Below are positions 1 through 11,830 of a DNA stretch of 64,000 nt, in pieces. The notes below the pieces were generated by a model. The model saw nothing but the letters and a program-made list of their open reading frames with translations, was not told the DNA's origin and made no database searches. This stretch comes from Pristiophorus japonicus (Eukaryota), in contig NC_091985.1 of assembly GCF_044704955.1 (NCBI RefSeq), positions 201,314,001 to 201,378,000 on the forward strand, in the 5' to 3' direction. The number at the start of each line of letters is the position of its first letter. The stretch's first letter is position 1. The translations under genes and the position numbers were made by a program.

Positions 1-912
1 ATAAGATCAAGGCTTTTCTGATCATGAACTCAGCTCCACTTCCCTGCCAGCTCCCCATAACCCTTTATTCCCTTATCGCTCTAAAACCTGTCTATCTCCG
101 CCTTAAATATATTCAATGACCCAGCTTCCACAGCTCTCTGGGGCAAAGAATTCCACAGATTTGCAACCCTCAGACAAGAAATCCCTCCTTATCTCAGTTT
201 TAAATGGGTGGCCTCTTATTCTGAAATTGTGAGTGGAATTATCCTCACTGCATCCACCTTGTCAAGCCCACTCATTCTCTTATAAGTTTCAATAAGATCA
301 CCTCTCATCCGTCTGAACTCCAATGAGTACAGGCCCAACCTATCTTCATAAGTCAACCCCCTCAGCTCCAGAATCAACCTAGTGAACCTTCTCTGAACTG
401 CCTCCATTGCAAGTATATCCTTGCTTCAATATGGAGATCAAAACTTTACGCAGTACTCCAGGTGTGGCCTCACCAATACCCTGTACAGATGTAGCAGGAA
501 TTCTCTGGTGTACATTTATTGCAAGGGGAATACTATATTCCCCTTGCAATAAATGCCAACATTCCATTTTCCTTCCTGATTACTTGCTGTACCTGCATAC
601 TAACTTTTGTGTTTCATGCACAAGGATCCCTAGGTCTTTCTGTACTGCAGCACTTTGCAATTTTTCTCCATTTAAATTATAATTTGCTTTTCTATTTTTT
701 CTGCCAAAATGGATAACCTCACATTTTCCCACATTATACTCCATCTGCCAAATTTTTGCCCACTCACTTAGCCTGTCCATATCCCTTTGCAGATTTTGTG
801 TGTACTCCTCACAATTTGCTTTCCCACCCATCTTAATATCATCATCAGCAAACTTGGCTACATTGCACTCGGTCCCTTCATCCAAGTCATTAATATAGAT
901 TGTAAATAGTTG
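1..912 (-). mobile_element. CR1 LINE 3' fragment (RT C-terminus and 3' UTR), decayed
   Basis: Minus ORFs 580..885 (KFADD...WQMEYNVGKCEVIHFG) and 216..407 (LEFRRMRGDLIETYK) are typical CR1 ORF2 C-terminal motifs. Confidence 0.9.
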
Positions 913-1012
913 AGTGTGGGATTAATCATGCTTTAATCAGTATTTGCCACTTAATGTAAGTGTTGACTTCGTTCAATGTCTGTCAACTTCTGGTATAGTT
1001 TGTGAAGGTGGG

Positions 1013-1470
1013 CTCATTCTGTATCTCTCAGTCTCCAGTACAGTTTATGGAAGTGGTATTGATTCTGTAACTCTCAGTCTCTGATACAGTATATGAGTCT
1101 GGGATTCATTCTGTATCTCTCAGTCTCTGGTACAGTGAGTATGGGATTCATTCTGTATCTCTCAGTATCTGGTACAGTGAGTGCGGGATTCATTCTGTAT
1201 TTCTCAGTCTCTGGTACAGTGAGTGAGTCTGGGATTCACTCTGTATCTCTCAGTCTCTGGTACAGTGAGTGAATCTGGGATTCACTCTGTATTTCTCAGT
1301 CTCTGGTACAGTGAGTGTGGGATTCACTCTGTATCTCTCAGTCTCTGGTACAGTGAGTGTGGGATTCACTCTGTATCTCTCAGTCTCTGGTACTGTTAGT
1401 GATTGTGGGATACATTCTGTATCTTTCAGTCTGAACCTTATGATGTGGATTTATTCTATACCTTTCAGAT
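1013..1470. repeat. ~42-bp minisatellite (TCTGTATCTCTCAGTCTCTGGTACAGTGAGTGTGGGATTCAC)n, ~10 units
   Basis: Tandem units visible directly; 42- and 46-bp variants; degenerate edges. Confidence 0.85.
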
Positions 1471-1737
1471 ACTATTTGTCTATTCTCTCTGATAGTTAAT
1501 TTGTCACTATGGCTGCACTATTGAGAGATTAACATTGTGCCTTTCCAGCTGATAATGGGTGTGTATTTTGACTGGGATTGATGTATCTACCTGTGAACAG
1601 TACTGAGTTATGGTGAAATGTTAACAACTTCTGTCTCTCCTGCTCTGTTTGATTGCTGGATTGAAAATGTATATCTGGAAATTGGGATCATTGCGGGACT
1701 GACTACTTCTGCTGTCGATGAGTGTGGAATTGATATT

Positions 1738-3385
1738 AAGAACATAAGAAATAGGAACAGGAGTAGGCCATACGGCCCCTCGAGCCTGCTCCGCCATTTA
1801 ATATGATCATGGCTGATCCGATCATGGACTCAGGTCCACTTCCCTGCCCGTGCCCCATAACCCCTTATTTCCTTATCGGTTAAGTAACTGTCCATCTCTG
1901 TCTTAAATTTATTCAATGACCCAGCTTCCACAGCTCTGAGGCAGCAAATTCCATAGATTTATAACCCTCAGAGAAGAAATTTCTCCTCATCTCAGTTTTA
2001 AATGGGTGGCCCCTTATTCTAAGATTATGCCCCCTAGTTCTAGTCTCCCCTATCAGTGGAACCATCTTCTCTGCCCCCTCATAATCTTATATGTTTCGAT
2101 AAGATCACCTAAATTCCAATGAGTAGAGGCAAACCTACTAAACTATCCTCATAAGTCAACACCCTCATCTCCGGAATCAACCTAGTGAACCTTCTCTGAA
2201 CTGCCTCCAAAGCAAACATATCCTTTCTTAGATATGGAAACCAAAATTGTACACAGTATTCCAGGTATGGCCTCACCACTACCCTGTATAACTGTAGCAA
2301 AACTTCCCTGCATTTATACTCCATCCCCTTTGCAATAAAGGCCAAGATCCCATTGGCCTTCCTGATCACTTGCTGTACCTGCATACTAACCTTGTGTTTC
2401 ATGCACCAGGACCCCGAGATCCCGCTGTACTGCAGCACTTTGCAATTGTTCCCCATTTAAATAATAACTTGCTGTTTGATTTTTTTTTGCTAAAGTGCAT
2501 AACTTCACACTTTCCAACATTATACTCCATCTGCCAAATTTTTGCCCACTCACGTAGCCTGTCTATGTCCTCCTCATGCATTGCTTTTCCTCCCATCTTT
2601 GTATCATCAGCAAACTTGGCTACGTTACATCCAGTCCCTTCTTCCAAGTCGTTAATATAGATTGTAAATAGTTGAGGTCCCAGCACTGATCCCTGTGGCA
2701 CCCCATTAGTTACTGGTTGCCAACCAGAGAATGACCACTTATCCCGACTCTCAGTTTTCTGTTAGTTAGCCAATCCTCTTTCCATGGTAATATATTTCCC
2801 CCAATCCCATGAACTTTTATCTTGTGCAGTAACCTTTTATGTGGCATCTTGTCAAGTGCCTTCTGGAAGTCCAAATACACCACATCCACTGGTTTCCCTT
2901 TATCCACCCTGTTCATTACATCCTCAAAGAACTCCAACAAATTTTTCAAACATGACTTCCCCTTCATAAATCCATGCTGACTCTGCCTGACTGAATTATG
3001 CTTTTCCCAACCACAGATGTTAGGCTAACTGGTCTATAGTTTCCTGCTTTTTGTCTGCCTCCTTTTTTAAAAAGGGGTGTTACATTTTAAGTTTTCCAAT
3101 CTGCTGGGACCTCCCCAGAATCCAGGGAATTTTGGTAAATTACAACCAATGCATACACTATCCCTGCCGCTACTTCTCTCAAGACCCTAGGATGCAAGCC
3201 ATCAGTTCCAGGGCATTTACCACCTCATTAGTGATTGTGATATGGCCCCCACCCCCCATAACCCCTTGACTATCCACTGTTGGGATTTTTTAGTGTCCTC
3301 TACCATAAAGATTGATACAAAATATTTGGTCAGAGTTTCTGCCATCTCCATGTACCCCATCACCAATTCCCTGGTTTCGTCCTCT
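1738..3385 (-). mobile_element. CR1 LINE, 5'-truncated, frameshifted
   Basis: Starts with reverse complement of the (TTCTTATG)n tail (aagaacataagaaatagg); RT motifs PQGSVLGP, FADD, YLDFQKA in minus ORFs 2399..2701 and 2710..2967. Confidence 0.9.
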
Positions 3386-3399
3386 GAGTAATACCGTAC

Positions 3400-3489
3400 C
3401 TACTGTGTGTACAAGGAGCCAGTTGCACTGTTCCTTATGTCTCAGGTGGCGGAAACTTCACATTTGTTCCGGTTCCTTCAATTCCTTGC
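3400..3489 (-). other. Putative non-coding internal exon
   Basis: Minus strand acceptor ccatttcttcctgcag| and donor G|GTACGG; all three frames closed. Confidence 0.35.
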
Positions 3490-4243
3490 CTGCAGGAAGA
3501 AATGGTATCTCTGATCATTCAAGAACAGGAGAAGTAGAAAATACTAAAGTGATGAATGTAATTGTTCAATTAATGTTCGTTATGAACATTCACAAAGAAA
3601 AGCCAGCGATACAAATAATGTCAGTGTCTGACTCCACTGCAGTACTGCAGCACTCGGCTTCTGCACACCAAGTGTGTTGGGCAGATTTACAGCAATTTAC
3701 TGACATCAAGACACAACCCAACCCCTGCTCTGTTTCAGGAATGGGACGACCCGATGGGGCACGGATTATACACAGCTCAGATTGCTACTCCCCTCTCCCA
3801 GGGCACTAACGGTTCAACCAAAAACAAAGAGCTGCTGTTTAAAACGTGTCTTTCACATTTCTCACCCGTTGCCTCCTTGTATAAATCCTCAGTGTCCGGC
3901 TCTGCTTCCACCGCTCACTGTCCAATGACAACAAACACAGTGAGACTGGAACTAAAGCAGGAACGTTCACTACTAGTTTGCAGGGAGAAAGCAGCAATGA
4001 TTGTAAACAGCAGATCCTTCCCATTCTGTCTCCCTTACCCGGGACACACGCTGTCCACACACAGCCCGAGAATGGCCTCTCCCTTCCCCCACTCACTCCA
4101 CGCACTGAGACCAGTTCTTGCTCCACTCCGCCTGTTACACACAGCCTCCGACTCCCCCTGAACTTCCCTCGGACTCAGTGCCGATCTCTGAGCCCATCTG
4201 CGGACACGCTCCCAAAGCGATGGGCTGCTGCTCGCTGCCTTAC

Positions 4244-4400
4244 CCCGGGGCCGGGGTGTCTCAATTCCCGGCTGTTTAAACCATCTTCTTCCGCTCACTG
4301 AGCGAATGGCGCTCACAGGCAGGGCTGGGGGAGGGTAGGACGCATGCGCTCTTCTGCTCACTGGAAATCGGGGCGGGGCTTAACTGCGCATGCGCAGCTC
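4244..4400 (-). promoter_or_regulatory. CpG-rich promoter with putative first exon (leftward)
   Basis: NRF1 palindrome TGCGCATGCGCA 4385-4396, second CGCATGCGC at 4341, GC box GGGGCGGGGC 4370-4379, YY1-like AAGATGG on minus, donor GG|GTAAG at 4243. Confidence 0.55.
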
Positions 4401-6180
4401 TCTGCAATAATTCAGTCTTTAAAAATCAAAGTTAACTTTTCCCGATTTACTTTTATCAGAATCTGAGCAAAGGAACTGGGCCTGGGGGGCAAGGACAGAG
4501 AATGTTTAAAGCTGGGGGCCTTGCCCCTTTGAGATGCTCAATTTGGGATCATTCCGTGCAGGTTGTTTTTCTCTTCGTGAGCCCGTCCTCACAAAGTAAT
4601 CCTGCAGAAACATCGGAGGGACGGGGGAGTAGGAGTGTTTGCTGGGACTGTGCAGGAGTTAATATCTGACAGAAACTGTCCCAGTTTAATTTAATCAGAG
4701 TGAAACACTCGGTCACTGAGTGTAATACCGAACGGCCCTGAGCTGCAAGATTACAGAGAGTACAACAGGCAAGCGAGGGTTAAATGTGGGACCTTGTTTC
4801 TTTCACTCTCTGACACTGTCCCGCAGTGTGGGATTAATAATGTGTCTGTCTGTGGTACAATATCAGTGAGAGAGGGGACTGCATCTTCTGTCTCTCCAAT
4901 GGGATCTTTCAGGATAAAAGCAGACCTCACAGGTCAGTCTGGAACTGATACTGTGCATGTTTCTGTGTCTCACCGCCCTACCTCGCACTCCTCTGTCTCT
5001 CGCTCAGTCCTCTGCCCCACCCTCCCCGCTCTCCCCAGTCCTCTCTGTGTTGCTATCCCATCCCCCTTCTCTTGTACTGTTTGGGAAGGCAGGATACTGT
5101 TATTTAGCGTGATGTGGAAACACTATTGGAAGTACAACCCTGATACTGTCTCTATTCTCTCCCTAGTGCTATACATGACAGTGCGGCACTGTTACTGAGC
5201 GTAAGACGGGGATACCAATACAAAGTGTAAGACTGATACTGTGCCTGTCTCTCTCTATCTTTCGCTGATACGGTACATGAATGCGTGATACAAGTATTGA
5301 GCGTAATATGGAGACACAGTTCGCGTGTTTAGGGTGTCTATATCTGCCGTTCTCTCAGATAGTAATCTCTGGGTGATGAGGATGGGATGGATAGGGCACC
5401 AGTTACTGTTAAATGTCCCTCAGTTTAGGAGGAGAGAGAGACAAAGAGAGGCTGGTGGGGCAGGGAGCACATAATATATATTTTCAGAAAAATCAAACAT
5501 ATTTCTGCATGCGAACACTATAACAACTTAAAACAGATATGAGTTAAGCCAGCCTCTGTGGTGATTGTTCCCCAGATTCAGGGGCAGGAACCAAACACTG
5601 TAAGGAATGCAAGCCTCAGAGTGTTTAACACTTACTGAGCTGGGAAACTACAACTAACCCCGAGAATCGGCAGCACAGGCCGAGCAGAGAGGAAACCCTG
5701 TGCTGGGAGCTGTAAATCTGGGACAGGTTGTGCTGTGAATGTGCAGATGTGAACATTGTGTGAGTGATAGTGTGTGTCTACTGTATATGGTCCACGTCTC
5801 TGAGCCACACAGGAGGGCGGGTATCACTACAGTCCTGTAGACCATGAGCTTGGTGGCAGATTTGAGGGCCTGATCTTTGAACACTCTTTTCCTCAGGCGG
5901 CCGAAGGCTGCACTGGCGCACTGCAGGCGGTGTTGAATCTTATTGTCAATGTCTATCCTTGTTGATAATAGGCTCCCAAGGTATGGAAAGTAGTCTACAT
6001 TGTCCAGTGCTGGACCGTTGATCTTGATGGAAATCGCTGGAGAAATACTGCCAATGATGTCTCCACAAGATCCTGCAAATCCCCTGGGAGGACAGACGCA
6101 ACAGTGTTAGCGTCCTCGACCAGGCCAACATCCATAGCATCAAAGCAATGACCACACTCGACCAGCTCCACTGGGCAGGC

Positions 6181-6448
6181 TGTTAAGTCCTGACTCTAAT
6201 GTACTGACTTGCACGAGACACATGCTGAAGCCAAGGTCACTCAGGACCTGCATCTTTAATTCACAACTCTCCAGTGCTGCACTTGCCTGAGACCTCCCTT
6301 TATATACCTCAGTGGGACAGGTATGGAGTGTCTCCTGCAAGTGCACCCCTAGAGGTAAGGTATACTTATTGTTACAGGTCATATCCAGTTACAGTCATGT
6401 ATAGCATGGTAAGATACAGTTATATACAGTAATGTGAGATACATGACA
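6181..6448 (-). repeat. 3' LTR of Gypsy element
   Basis: tgttaagtcc...acatgaca, ~7 mismatches versus 10636-10903; adjacent PPT. Confidence 0.95.
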
Positions 6449-6475
6449 TCACCCTCCCCCAAGGTCTTATTGCCT

Positions 6476-9400
6476 TTATAGATTCAGTCTCTCAGGTGGT
6501 CTGCACTCTCGCGTGGAGCGTCTTAGTTGTGGTTCAGTTGTTTGCCTTGGTGCCTGTGTTTTGTTCGGTGTGATTGCTGGTATCTCGCCTGGGCTGTCTG
6601 TTCCGTTTGGTGTGATTGCTGGTATCTCGCCTGGGCTGTTTGTTCAGACTGCCCTTTCCTCAGGTTGTTCCACCTGTCTGTCCACTAGGTGTGGTGTGAG
6701 TTCCACATTGTAGTCTGCCTCTGTTTCTTCAGTGTTATCAGTGAATCTACTTTTAACTTCGTCTACATGCCTCTGGCAGGTTTGGCCATTGTTCATTTGT
6801 ACAATCAGTAGCCTGTCCCTGCAAGCCATTTGGGACCCCGGCCATAGTTTAGCACAACACTTTGTCCCCTATCTCATTCCATCTCCCCCTCGAATTTCGG
6901 TCATGGTACTCAGTTAGCTTTTGATGCTTAGCCTCAACAATTTCATTCATGTCTGGGAGGACTAACGAGAGCCTGGTCTTTAAGGTTCGTTTCATCAATA
7001 GTTGCACGGGGGGAACCCCAGTCAACGAATGCGGACGAGATCTGTATGCCAGCAGCAGTCGTGACAGGTGGCTCTGCAGCATGGGACCTTGGATTCTGAG
7101 CATGCCTTGTTTAATGATCTGCACTGCTCACTCCACCTGGCCATTGGAAGCCGGTTTGAAAGGTGCCATCTTAACGTGATTTATACCGTGGTCAACTATA
7201 AAATTGTGAAATTCTGCGCTGGTGAAGCACGGACCATTATCACTGACCAATATGTCAGGAATGCCGTGCATTGCAAACATGGTTCTAAGGCTCTCCACAG
7301 TGGTGGAGGTGGTGCTCGAGTTTAAAATGGTGCACTCGATCCATTTTGAAAATGCATCAACAACTACGAGAAACATTTTTCCCACAAATGGGCCTGCATA
7401 GTCCACATGCACCCATGACCACGGTTTGGTGGGCCAGGGCCAGGGGCTAAGGGGAGCCTCCCTGGGGGCATTACTGAGTTGGGCACAAATGGTGCACCAA
7501 CGGACACAGAGCTCCAAGTCTGCATCAATGCCAGGCCACCAGACATGAGATCTGGCTATGGCCTTCATAAGGATGATCCCCGGGTGTTCACGATGGAGCT
7601 CCTGGACAAATGCCTCCCTGCCTCGTAAGGGTATAACTACTCAGCTGCCCCACATCAGGCAGTCTGCCTGTAGTGAGAGTTCATGCATGCGCCTATGGAA
7701 GGGTTTGACCTCCTCAGGGCAGGCATCGCGAGCCTCTGCCCAGTCACCAGTTAAAACGCATCTTTTAACTAGACATAACGTGGGGTCACTGGTCGTCCAG
7801 GCTCTGATTTGGCGAGCCGTCATGGGCGAACCTGTGGATTCAAAGGCATTGATTGCCATGATCATCTCACAGTCCTGTTCGTCGGACCCTTCTATGGTCA
7901 CCAGGGGTAGCCTGCTAAGCGCGTCGGCACAATTGTCTGTGCCTGGTCTGTGCCTTATCGTGTAGTCGTAAGCCGCCAGCATAAGTGCCCACCGCTGAAT
8001 GCGCGCTGAGGTGTTGGTGTTGATTGCCTTGCACTCCGATAGTAGGGACTTGAGGGGTTTGTGGTCGGTTTCTAATGCAAACTTGGCCACGAAAAGGTAT
8101 TGGTGTATCTTTTTGACACTGTACACACACGCGAGCACCTCTTTCTCAACCATACCGTACCCGCGCTCCGCCCGCGAAAGTGACCTGGAGGCATAAGCAA
8201 CGGGCTGCAATTTGCCCGCATCATTGACGTGCTGTAAAATGCACCTGACCCCGTACGCTGATGCATCACAAGTAAGGACTAACTTTTTACCTGGATCAAA
8301 AAAGGCTAAAACACTCTTGGAACATAGAAGGTTTTGTGCCTTATTGAAGGCGCATTCTTGGGTGTCCCCCCAAAACCAATTGCACCCCTTTCTGATTAAC
8401 ACATGGAGAGGCTCCAGCAGTGTGCTCAAGTTCTGCATAAAGTTCCCAAAGTAATTGAGTAGCCCAGAAAGGCGCGCAGTTCTGAGATATTCCGGGGCCT
8501 GGGTGCCAGGTGAATCGCTTCAGTTCGGTTGGGCGGATTCCATCAGCGGCAATCCTTTTGCCCAAAAATTCAACCTCAGGCGTGAGAAACAGACACTTGG
8601 ATTTCTTAACTCTTAGGCCTACCCGATCCAATCGACTTAGTACTTCCTCAAGATTGCGGAGATGAGAGCCGGTGTCCCTGCCCATGATGAGTATGTCATC
8701 TTGAAACACAACCCGGGATGGACTTGAGCAGACTCTCCATGTTGCACTGGAATATAGCAGCTGCCGACCTGATGCCGAATGGGCATCGATTGTACACAAA
8801 AAGGCCTCGATGTGCGTTGATGATGGTGAGTAGCTTAGACTCTTCGGTCAGTTCTTGCGTCATATACCCAGATGTGAGGGCAAGTTTCATGAAAAGTTTT
8901 CCTCCAGCCAACGTGGCAAATAGGTCCTCCACTCTGGGCAATGGGTATTGGTCCTGTAGGGAGATTCTGTTTATGGTAGACTTGTAATCCCCACAGATTC
9001 ACACGGATCCATCAGGCTTCATGACGGGGACGATGGGGCTTGCCCAGTCACTGAATACCATGGGAGAAATTATGCCTTCCAGCAGAAGCTGGTCCAGTTC
9101 ATTTTCAATATTTTCCCTCATCACATAAGGTACAGCTCTAGCCTTGTGATGGACCGGTCTGGCATTCTGTGTGATGTAGATTCTAACTTTAGCCCCTTTG
9201 AAGGTGCCCACACCTGGCTGAAAGAGATGTTCAAAATGGTTTAGAACTGTTGAGCAGGAGGTCCGTTCCTCTGACGACATGGCGTGAACATCATCCCATT
9301 TCCAATTAAGTTCTGCTAGCCAGCTTCTCCCCAACAGGGCTGGGAGATCCCTGGGGACAATCCACAGGGAAAGTCGGTTGACCATTCCTTTGTGTGTGAC

Positions 9401-10600
9401 CGAGAGCATGGCGCTGCCAAGGACTGGGATGATTTCTTTACTATAGGTCCTTAGTTTGGTGTCGATCTTTGTGAGTTTTGGTCTGTTGCTTTTGTGCAGC
9501 CACAGATGTTCAAATTGTTGAATGCTCAGGAGGCATTGACTGGCCCCCGTGTCCAGCTCCATGTTGATGGGTATCCCATTGAGTAGAACCCTCATCATAA
9601 TTGGAGGCATCTTGGTGTAAGAACAATGGACATTGATCGTGTGAACCCGCTGTACCTCGGCATCCCCTACACTGTTCCAACCATCTTCTGGTCCACTTTT
9701 CGACCCTTCCGCTGAGCTGCTGTTTTTCTGACATGTGAGCCAGATGCCCTGCGTAGTTGCAGTTTCTGCAAACGGCATGCTGAAATCGACACACCCTGGT
9801 TGAGTGCCTTCCCCCACATCTCCAACACAGACTGTTTCCATTGTTTCCGAAGGATGAGCTGCGTCTGGCTGATCTCCCTTGAGCTTCTCTCAATCTGTTG
9901 TTGATTGCTCGCATTGTGGGTTGATGAGGTGTGATCGGCCGTTCATGTGGCCCTTGATTTTGATGGCTTCTGGCGCCACTGTCTGCTGCGGAAGGCCTGT
10001 TCTCCTGCCTTTGTCTGTGTGTGGGGGTACCGGTTTGTTTCACAATGTGAATCCCTTGTTCTGATGCCTCGTTGGTTGCCGTACCCGAAGTATAGATCAG
10101 CTTTGTTTCTTCTTCGCCTGCCAAGAATGTCTATGCGACCAGTACTGCTGCCTCTAGAGTCAAGTTCTTAGTCTCTATAAGCTTTCGGAATATGCCTGCA
10201 TGCCCCATTCCTTCAATAATAAAGTCTCTCAGTACTTCTCTCCTTAGTTCATCGGGGAACTCACATGAACTAGCCAGCCTCCGAAGTTCTGCCACGAAGT
10301 CAAGTATGCTTTCGCCCACACAGCATCTGTAGTTGTAGAACCTGTGTCTGGCCATGTGTAGGCTGCTCGCTGGCTTCAGGTGGTCTCTCACCAGTGTGCT
10401 CAACTCCTCAAACGACTTGCTTGCTGGTTTCTCGGGTGCCAGCAGGTCTTTCATTAAAGCGTATGTTTTCAAGCTCTTCTCTTGTCTGCCTTATCGTCGC
10501 CCAGCCAGTCTTTGGTCACAAAGCTTTGCTGTAGCCTTTCTATAAAGTCATCCCAAATGTCTCCAGCATTGTATTTCTCATCTGAGCTGTTGGTAGCCAT
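6476..10600 (-). pseudogene. Gypsy gag-pol, frameshifted/stopped
   Basis: Gag MATNSSDEKY..., double zinc knuckle CWRCGGRHSTRVC/CRNCNYAGH, protease LDTGA, RT FQDDILI, RNase H CDASAYG..ETDHKPL, integrase VHVDYAGP..DNGP..SNGQVE, split over many ORFs. Confidence 0.9.
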
Positions 10601-10635
10601 TCTGTGGATTCTGTGATCCCGTAACTCATCGCCAC

Positions 10636-10903
10636 TGTTAAGTCCTGACTCTAATGTACTGACTTGCACGAGACACATGCTGAAGTCAAGGTCACTCAGG
10701 ACCTGCACCTTTAATTCACAACTCTCCAGTGCTGCACTTGCCTGAGACCTCCCTTTATATACCTCAGTGGGACAGGTATGGAGTGTCTCCTGCAAGAGCA
10801 CCCCTGGTGGTAAGGTATGCTTATTGTTACAGGTCATATCCAGTTACAGTCATGTATAGCATGGTAAGATACAGTTATGTACAGTAATGTGAGATACATG
10901 ACA
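10636..10903 (-). repeat. 5' LTR of Gypsy element
   Basis: Direct repeat of 6181-6448; TATA (TATATAAA on minus); PBS adjacent. Confidence 0.95.
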
Positions 10904-11679
10904 CAGGCCACATTGTTCGCATGCCTGACACAAAACTCCCAAAGCAAGCGCTCTACTCAGAACTCCTACACGGCAAGCAAGTCCAAGGTGGGCAGAGGAA
11001 ACGTTACAAGGACAGCCTCAAAACCTCCCTGATAAAGTGCAACATCCCCACTGACACCTGGGAGTCCCTGGCCAAAGACCACCCTAAGTGGAGGAAGTGC
11101 ATCCGGGAGGGCGCTGAGCACCTCGCGTCTCATCGCCGAGAGTGTGCAGAAAATAAGCGCAGGCAGCGGAAAGAGCGTGCAGCGAACAAGTCCCACCCTC
11201 CCTTACCCTCAAAGACTAACTGTCCCACCTGTGACAGAGACTGTAATTCCCGTATTGGACTGTTCAGTCACCTAACAACTCACTTTCAGAGTGTGATGAG
11301 AGTGTGTTAAAGGGCGGCCGGTGAGACTAATGTCACTGTGTTTGTGTGTCCCTCTCATCGCCCAATTCCAGAGTCCCTCTTGTGTAAAATTCAAAGATTT
11401 CCCTGTCACAGGATCGCCCTGCTCAGGTCTAAAGTGGGAATTAAACGTCAAGTTTGATTTGATTTCAAATTTTAGTCGGCAAACAGAGAAAATGTCCGCG
11501 ATCGGGTGAGAGAGCGCGATCAGTGCAGCAATGAAACGGTTTAAATCCAAATTGCTGCCTTCAATTCGGATGATTCCTTCTCGACAACAAACATCCCGGT
11601 GTTCGGGACAGAAAGAGGCCAGTCTGGGAATCTGGAGGGCCCGGGTTGAATTGGAATCGGACAGTTAATAAGGAGAGAG

Positions 11680-11752
11680 AAACACAGAGAGGCTGGAGGG
11701 GCGGGGAGCTGACAGCAGGATGTCTCCGCCCCGTCCGCTCGCTGCCTTTAAG
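11680..11752 (+). promoter_or_regulatory. H1 promoter: H1/AC box, GC box, TATA-like element
   Basis: AAACACA 11680-11686, GGGGCGGGG ~11698-11706, TTTAAG ~11747. Confidence 0.6.
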
Positions 11753-11830
11753 TTGCTCTGTGCCGCCGCCTCCCGTTTCATTTCTGACCGAGCTCTGACT
11801 GTCAGAGAGATTTTCCACAGAGTCGCCGAC

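Larger units (their letters stand above)
6181..10903 (-). mobile_element. Full-length Ty3/Gypsy (Mag-like) LTR retrotransposon
   Basis: Two 268-bp TG..CA LTRs, 5-bp TSD CAGGC (6176-6180, 10904-10908), PBS TGGCGATGAG (tRNA-Ser-like) next to the 5' LTR, PPT GGGGGAGGGTGA next to the 3' LTR, domain order PR-RT-RH-IN. Confidence 0.95.
5774..11293 (+). mobile_element. RTE-clade LINE 3' portion with 5' inversion (5774-6029 antisense; 6031-6180 and 10904-11293 sense), interrupted by a Gypsy element
   Basis: Matches RTE copy at 22250-23015 (FKDQALKSATKLMVYR..SETW; MPDTKLPKQALYSEL..C-terminal CxxC..H finger); near-TSD GTGTGA(G)TGA(T/G)AGTGTGT at 5758-5775 and 11291-11307. Confidence 0.85.

Noticed and set aside
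3549-3631. Possible C/D snoRNA (GTGATGA...CTGA)
   Set aside because: No terminal stem, no recognisable guide, and opposite strand to the putative host transcript
6140-6382. Repeated small ORF MTCNNK... (also 10469..10837)
   Set aside because: Non-coding LTR sequence present twice
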